This document shows, one piece after another, positions 58,309-64,000 of a stretch of 64,000 nt of DNA (position 1 is its first letter; the number at the start of each line of letters is the position of its first letter). Position numbers and translations under genes: made by a program. The notes under the pieces are model-generated. The model saw only the letters and a list, made by a program, of their open reading frames with translations. It was not told the origin of the DNA and did no database searches. Location: the NCBI GenBank assembly GCA_044337025.1, contig JBIIOI010000008.1, positions 43,727-107,726 on the forward strand, written 5' to 3'. Origin of the DNA: Planctomycetaceae bacterium (GTDB taxonomy: Bacteria; Planctomycetota; Planctomycetia; Planctomycetales; Planctomycetaceae).

Positions 58309-60144
58309 ATGTCCCCACGGAACATCAGCTCCTGGAAATTCGCGGTCTTGTGCCTCGTCATCTGGTGCGGTTTGGCAGAGCGCAGCTGGGCCCAGAGTGA
58401 TGACTCCGAAGCGGACATCCAGATCGTCGACGCCAAGTGGGGCTTTGACGGCCACGTCCGGCACAAGACGTTCGTGCCACTGCGAATCATCATCAAGAAT
58501 CGCGGCATGCAGCCTCGCACGCTGCTGTTGCGGCTGACTCGCGCGGATGCGTTCAACGCGATCGGAGAGTCCATCGAGCAAGAGATCACGATCTCCGCCG
58601 ACACGACGCGGCTTGTGCAGATGACACCGTTTGTTTCCGACCCGGGAGAGTCCTGGACCCTGCGCTGGGGTGACTTGGATCTGGAATCCCACACAATCAA
58701 GGGGATCTCTGCCGATGACGGGATCTGCCTGATCACGAGTTCCCGAGAGATCTCGCAGCGTAGCGGATTCCTGTCCACGATGGATGAGGACGAGTTCCCG
58801 ACCTCGGTCACGGGGCTCGATGCGCTGCGGTTCCTGTTCCTCGATCACGAACCCCAATGGCCCCCGCCACGCCGCAAGGCTCTGGAAGAGTGGCTGCTCA
58901 AGGGGGGCACCGTCGTGATCTTGAACCGGGCCGATGGCAAGGCTCCCGAGTTCATCGAGATGCCGTTTCTCAATACAACCGGTAAGGCGACCGCGTATGG
59001 CCAGGGGGTGATCCTCCGGCTCCAACAGACGCCGGTCTCGATCACGAAGAAGTTTCTTGAGGAGCAGATACTCGGTCGGTCGATGACCAGCGGGGATCTC
59101 GACCAGCGGCTCAAGGCCTACAACCAGACAGTTCCGCAAGGGAGTTCCTGGTGGAATGGCAGCTTCGAACTCGCCACCTACTCTCGCGATCAGGTGTTGA
59201 CCCAGTTGATGGACGTGGCCGGGACCCGCCAGCGCTGGGGACTGATCTACCTGACGCTGCTGATCTATGTCGGCTGGCAGTGGCGTATCGGTTGGCGCTG
59301 GGGGTTGATGGAGAAACAACCGAACCGACACTACGCCTGGTTGTTCGGTCTGGCTGTGGCCTTTTCGCTGATCTTTTACTTCTCAGGCCGCTCTGGATAT
59401 GGGAACGACCGCGTCCGCTCGATTGTCGTGGCCAAGCGGATCTCGGCGGGTCTCTTCGATGTGGAGGGCTGGAGCGTGATGGCCACCAGCCTGACCGGTG
59501 ACCGAAAAGAGATCTCGTTCCCCGGCACCGGACAGCTCTACGGCGGAGCCGAGTCGTTCGGCCAGAATCCCATCACGATTCGCGACGGCAAGATGCAGGT
59601 GGAACTCAATGCGTTCTCCTCGCAGCGACTGGCATTTCGCACTCGCGTTGAGATGCCGGACATTCCGTTCCAGCTTCAAGCTTCCGGTCCCGATATGTGG
59701 CAGAGCAAATCGGCCCGACTGGTGATCGACCCGGCCTACCCGGGGAACGTCTACGCCGCAGTCGTGGCGATCGAGGACAGTCTGTACGAATTCGAACCCA
59801 AGCTCGGGGCACTGGCTCCAACAACCCACTGGTCCGAGAAGACTGAGTACTGGCTCCACCCGCAGAACCCGCGCAGAAATGTCTGGCGGTTCTCACTCTT
59901 CAGCAGGCTCTTCGACTGGCGAATGACGGAAGAAATCTACCTAGAGGCGTTCTCAAGCGTCGTGGGGAACGGATTCAACGTCGGCTCGAACGTCTACCCG
60001 GACTCGTTTGTCGTCCGTCCTGGGTACGCCCGCGTGATGCTGTTTGTTGACTGGCCTGCAGAGCTGAACTGCCAGGGCACCTTCGGGGACCAGGGGGGAC
60101 GCATGCTGTATGTGCAGGACGTCCCACTGGGGGGCCGACCATGA
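58309..60144 (+). CDS. hypothetical signal-peptide protein with a central hydrophobic segment (611 aa)
   Basis: The N-terminus is MSPRNISSWKFAVLCLVIWCGLAERSWAQS. The ATG lies 1 nt after the preceding stop. Internal TM-like segments occur around WGLIYLTLLIYVGW and YAWLFGLAVAFSLIFYF. Confidence 0.5.
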   Translation: MSPRNISSWKFAVLCLVIWCGLAERSWAQSDDSEADIQIVDAKWGFDGHVRHKTFVPLRIIIKNRGMQPRTLLLRLTRADAFNAIGESIEQEITISADTTRLVQMTPFVSDPGESWTLRWGDLDLESHTIKGISADDGICLITSSREISQRSGFLSTMDEDEFPTSVTGLDALRFLFLDHEPQWPPPRRKALEEWLLKGGTVVILNRADGKAPEFIEMPFLNTTGKATAYGQGVILRLQQTPVSITKKFLEEQILGRSMTSGDLDQRLKAYNQTVPQGSSWWNGSFELATYSRDQVLTQLMDVAGTRQRWGLIYLTLLIYVGWQWRIGWRWGLMEKQPNRHYAWLFGLAVAFSLIFYFSGRSGYGNDRVRSIVVAKRISAGLFDVEGWSVMATSLTGDRKEISFPGTGQLYGGAESFGQNPITIRDGKMQVELNAFSSQRLAFRTRVEMPDIPFQLQASGPDMWQSKSARLVIDPAYPGNVYAAVVAIEDSLYEFEPKLGALAPTTHWSEKTEYWLHPQNPRRNVWRFSLFSRLFDWRMTEEIYLEAFSSVVGNGFNVGSNVYPDSFVVRPGYARVMLFVDWPAELNCQGTFGDQGGRMLYVQDVPLGGRP

Positions 60145-61688
60145 CCCCGCTGGGACTGCTGACTCTGCTTGGACATTCCTTACGGCACGAGTCGCGCAGC
60201 CGCGCTGCGCACTGGTTTCGGATGGGGAGCCTGTTCATCGCGACGTGGCTGCTGATCTCGGCTCATTATTCGTCGTGGGCCGTCGGATCGGTCGGTCGAA
60301 CATTTATCGAGTCGCTGACGTATCTCAATCTGCTGCTGATCGTGATTGCCGGCAGCAGTTACTTTGGTTCAGTCATCACGGAAGAGAAGGAACAGGGCAC
60401 GCTGGGACTGCTCAAGCTGGCGGGGTTCTCGAATGCCGGGCTGATGCTGGGCAAATCGACAGCTCGAATTCTCTCGGCCCTGGTGATCTTCGGGATGCAG
60501 CTGCCGTTCGCCTTTCTGGCGATCGTATTGGGAGGGATCTCGGCTCCGAGTATCTTCGCAGCCTATCTGGCACTGGGGGCCTATCTGATCTTTCTGGGGA
60601 ACGTCGGCCTGCTGATGTCGACCGTGTGTCGACGCAATGCTCTGGCCACGTCGACGACATTCTTGATCGGGGCCCTGCTGGTCTGGGGCGGAAAGATCGC
60701 TGCGTTCAGCAGCACCGCAGGGATCGCCAAAAGCGTCGGCTGGGTCGGCAGTGCCGTGGACAAGTTCACGGAGTTCGAGTCGTGGTTCTCCTTGCATGAG
60801 AGATTGCGCGAGATCATCACGGTTCGAAATGCCCCCATCGTGACAGCTCAGTTCTGGGTTTCGCTCGGACTGGCGGCCGGACTGTTCGGTTTGTCATGGC
60901 TGCTGTTTGACCGCTTCACGGAGTACACCGAGAGCATCGATCCGCACCGTTCCGGTTCCAAATGGGCGAGGTGGCAGCTGGCAGTTTCGCGCCCCTGGCG
61001 AAACGCACTGGCCTGGAAGGAGTACCAGTTCAGCACCGGCGGGCACACCACATTCGGCTTGAAGCTTGTGCTTTACGCCGCAATCATCGCGAGCGGCGTG
61101 GTGCTGCGGGACTGGGGCGAGAAGAAATATGGAGTCAAGCTGCCGGATCTGGTGTTTGGTTCGATCTGCGGAGTGTTCCTGCTGGAGTGCCTTGGCTTCT
61201 CCGGGACCTTCCTGGGCAGTGAGTACGTTGGTGGCACGCTGCCCAACCTGATCCTGATGCCAAAATCGGTCGCCCGGATCGTGGCTGCCAAGCTCTTCGG
61301 CGGGCTGATATCCGTGTTGCCAACCGTGATCGCGATCGTCGTAGCCAGCCGATTTCTGCCGCCAGATACGATCTTGTTCGACTGGCGCACGCGGGATCTC
61401 GTGCTGGTGACGAGCTATCTGCTGCTGCTACATCTCACCGCGTTCTATTCGATCCGCGTACGACGCGGCGCGATCGCCTGGGCGGTCGGCACGCTGATTA
61501 TCGGAGGAGTGGTCGTCGTGCCGCTGCTCGAAATGGTGCGGATGTCGCTGCTGCCCCTGGGGAGGAAAACTCCCTGGCAGGAACCGGGAGCCGAGTACTG
61601 GGCTCCGCTGACTTACATCACCGTGATGTTCTGCCTGGCCCTGCAGGTGGGGATCGGCGTTCGCTTGAAGAATGCCGTGGGCGAGTAA
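60141..61688 (+). CDS. ABC-2 family transporter permease (double-length, about 12 TM)
   Basis: 515 aa with an ATGA overlap. The ABC-2 signature region is SVITEEKEQGTLGLLKLAGFS. Confidence 0.6.
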   Translation: MTPLGLLTLLGHSLRHESRSRAAHWFRMGSLFIATWLLISAHYSSWAVGSVGRTFIESLTYLNLLLIVIAGSSYFGSVITEEKEQGTLGLLKLAGFSNAGLMLGKSTARILSALVIFGMQLPFAFLAIVLGGISAPSIFAAYLALGAYLIFLGNVGLLMSTVCRRNALATSTTFLIGALLVWGGKIAAFSSTAGIAKSVGWVGSAVDKFTEFESWFSLHERLREIITVRNAPIVTAQFWVSLGLAAGLFGLSWLLFDRFTEYTESIDPHRSGSKWARWQLAVSRPWRNALAWKEYQFSTGGHTTFGLKLVLYAAIIASGVVLRDWGEKKYGVKLPDLVFGSICGVFLLECLGFSGTFLGSEYVGGTLPNLILMPKSVARIVAAKLFGGLISVLPTVIAIVVASRFLPPDTILFDWRTRDLVLVTSYLLLLHLTAFYSIRVRRGAIAWAVGTLIIGGVVVVPLLEMVRMSLLPLGRKTPWQEPGAEYWAPLTYITVMFCLALQVGIGVRLKNAVGE

Positions 61689-61742
61689 CTCGACTTGAGC
61701 TTCACATCCTGTGCGAGTTCGCGACTGGCCCGCTCAGCCACA

Positions 61743-62462
61743 CTAAGGCTTGTCGGGTTCCACAAGCGTTGGCTCGTTGTTCGTCGAATCGACGGTCTGG
61801 CGGGGCTTGGTCACCAGAATCTGCGGCTTCACACCGTCATGAACTCGAACCTGGCTGATCATCTCCTGCTTCAGCAGAGTCCCCATCGCCTTCTTCAGGT
61901 TCATCAGAGCCAGAGAGTAGGTCAGCTTCGAGTTGGCAAAGTCCGACTCAGCCTGGGTGGCCTTGGCCTGGGCCTCCAGAAGAGTATTCAGGAACAGCGG
62001 GCCGCTCTGATCCTCGCCGGGTAGTTTCTCCCAGCGATTCTTCAGTGCGCCGACTCGCTCCACTGCGGCGTTCATCGATTGATACTTGAGCTGCATCTCG
62101 GCGTAACTGGTTTCCACTTCGCGGACCGCGACTTCCGCCTCCAGGCTCAAAGTCGCGATCGTCGTGGCGAGCTGACTCTGCATCTGACGCAGCTCCAGCT
62201 CTCGACGTGAGTAGCGACCTCGGGCCTGGCGATTTCCGATTGGGATGTCGAACATCAGACCGGCATTGGCACTGGGACGCCCGCTGGAGAACTGGTCGAC
62301 CCAGGCATCCGACATCTGAAAGTCGCCCTGCAGTCCTTCGGCATAGACACCGAAGACCGCGTTGAGCTGTGGCAGCAGTTCGTTCTTCGACATGTTCAGT
62401 CGAATGCCAGCCGCGTGAACCTGCTTGATGTTCTGTTGAATCTCGGGCCGCTGCGCGATCGC
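61743..62462 (-). pseudogene. C-terminal half of a TolC-family outer-membrane efflux protein; N-terminal half absent
   Basis: The minus-strand ORF reads ...AIAQRPEIQQNIKQVHAAGIRLNMSKNELLPQLNAVFGVYAEG...VETSYAEMQLKYQS...LEAQAKATQAESDFANSKLTYSLALMNLKKAMGTLL, i.e. OEP repeat 2. Upstream of about 62462 the minus-strand reading is antisense of the SdrD-like repeats and shows no TolC similarity. Confidence 0.55.
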
Positions 62463-62492
62463 GGTCGTCTGCACATCGGCCAGTTCAAACGG

Positions 62493-64000
62493 AATGTTGA
62501 TGGCAACGGCACCACCGACGTCACGTTGACCGACACGACGGATGCCAATGGGAACTACCTGTTCAGCAACCTCCCCGTGGGCGACTACACCGTCCGGGTG
62601 ACCCCGCCAGCGGGATTCGACCAGACGTTCGATGCCAACGGAGCCCTCGACAACACGTCGATCCACACGCTCGGTGCAGGCGAGAACAACGTCGCTCAGG
62701 ACTTCGGCTACACCGGCCAGGGGTCCATTGGTGACCGCGTCTGGTTTGATGCCGACCAGGATGGAGTTCAGGACGCGGGCGAGCCGGGCTTCCCGAACAT
62801 CACGGTTCAGCTGGAAGTCGATCTCAACGGCGATGGCACCGCCGACTACACAACGACAACGAGCACGGACAACAACGGCAACTACCTGTTCCAGGATCTG
62901 CCACCGGGAGACTACACGATCTCGGTGCTGACCCAGCCCTCGGGAGCCACGCCGACCTTCGACGCGGACGGAGGACTGGATCAGACCTCTGCTCTCACAC
63001 TCGGGGTCAACGATGACAATCTGGCTCAGGACTTTGGATACAAAGGGGCCGGTTCGATCGGCGACCGCGTGTGGCTCGATCTCGATGGGGACGGAGCACA
63101 GGACCTTGGCGAGCCAGGTATCGTGGGCGCGACAGTCCAGCTTGATCTGGACCTGACCGGGGACGGCGTGGCCGATTACACCACGACGACGGTCACCGGA
63201 GTTGACGGACAGTATCTGTTCAGCGAGCTGCCGGTCGGAGACTACACGATCACTGTCACTCAGCCAGCGGGCACGGTGCAGACATTCGACAACTCCGGAG
63301 CGCTCGATAACGCCTCGCAACATACGCTGGGAGCCGATGAAGACAACGTTGCTCAGGACTTCGGGTATCAGGGCACCGGCTCAATCGGTGACAAGGTCTG
63401 GTTCGACCAGGACGGAGATGGAGTCCAGGACGTCGGCGAGAATGGGATTGTCGGAGTCGATGTCGCTCTCGACATCGACTTCAACGGCGATGGCACCTTC
63501 GACGCCACGCTGACGACGACCACCGACCAGAACGGGAACTACCTGTTCGACAATCTTCTGGCTGCAGACTACACCGTGCGAGTCACTCCGCAGGTGGGGT
63601 ATGTCCAGACATTCGACAGTGACGGTACTGCCACCTCGAACGCCTCGGACCACACACTGGCCGCCGGGGAGAACAATACGGCTCAGGACTTTGGCTATCG
63701 CGGCACCGGTTCGATCGGCGATCAGGTCTGGCTGGATCTCGACGGAGACGGCGTGCAGGACGGTGGGTTGGAAGTCGGTTATCCGAGCGTGCCGGTCCAG
63801 CTTGACATTGACTTCAACGGCGATGGCACCATCGACCAGACGTTGAACACGACAACCGACGCGACGGGGAACTACACGTTCAACAATCTGCTCCCGGGTG
63901 AGTACACGGTCACCGTGACTCCGCCGAGTGGGACGACGCAGACGTTCGACAACGACGGGACCGGGACAGCCAACGTCTCGCAGGAGACACTGGCCCCGGG
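62493..64000 (+). CDS. SdrD/Cna-B-type repeat array (about 110-aa period; DxDGDGxxD Ca-binding-like motifs); no start codon or N-terminus identifiable; runs off the window end
   Basis: The frame opens after a TGA at 62208-62210. Periodic units ...GSIGDRVWFDADQDGVQDAGEPG...DLNGDGTADYTTTT.TD.NGNYLF..LP.GDYT..VT.P.G...TFD.DG... repeat about 4.5 times. There is no Met anywhere in the frame. Confidence 0.6.

Noticed and set aside
57513-59331. 432-aa and 483-aa minus-strand ORFs
   Set aside because: They are antisense to the DUF1559 gene and the 611-aa protein gene, inside a tightly coupled plus-strand operon.
62463-63323. N-terminal 288 codons of the 526-aa minus-strand ORF
   Set aside because: They have no TolC similarity. 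They are the antisense of the periodic SdrD-like repeats. Only 61743 to about 62462 is TolC-like.

Overview
The window is high-GC (about 60% or more) with a very dense set of spurious antisense ORFs. Its gene content points to a Planctomycetota chromosome: sulfatase, DUF1559 prepilin-like proteins, a giant secretin, a Ser/Thr kinase with HEAT repeats, a eukaryote-type GS-II and a PqiAB fusion. Housekeeping genes are interspersed throughout: prs, glgA, guaA, rpsR, yggS, miaA, coaD, an lptF/G-family permease and a serC fragment at the left edge. The main points of interest are these. (1) A roughly 10.4 kb, 10-gene translationally coupled operon at 51294-61688. It encodes three tandem GspF/PilC-family platform paralogs, three pseudopilin-like proteins, two DUF1559 prepilin-type proteins, a 611-aa signal-peptide protein and a double-length ABC-2 permease. 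No ATPase or secretin is present in cis. It is preceded by a metzincin-like protease gene, three CATCCC-N3-4-GGGATG palindromes and a sigma54-dependent activator gene. (2) An orphan 1.5k-aa secretin has five internal ~60-aa repeats and Gly/Gln low-complexity insertions. (3) A breakpoint near 62.46-62.49 kb joins a 3' fragment of a TolC-family gene on the minus strand to a start-less, methionine-free SdrD/Cna-B repeat array on the plus strand. (4) Several small repeat families occur: a (CCCACTG)n heptamer microsatellite with dispersed short copies, and a REP-like 23-25 nt palindromic element in three copies. (5) There are strong hairpins: a 25-bp perfect inverted repeat across a start codon, and a triple GC-rich hairpin cluster between convergent genes. 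(6) A tRNA-like element with an unpaired acceptor stem lies in a 1 kb non-coding gap. All coordinates other than ORF-track boundaries were counted by hand and may be off by a base or two.
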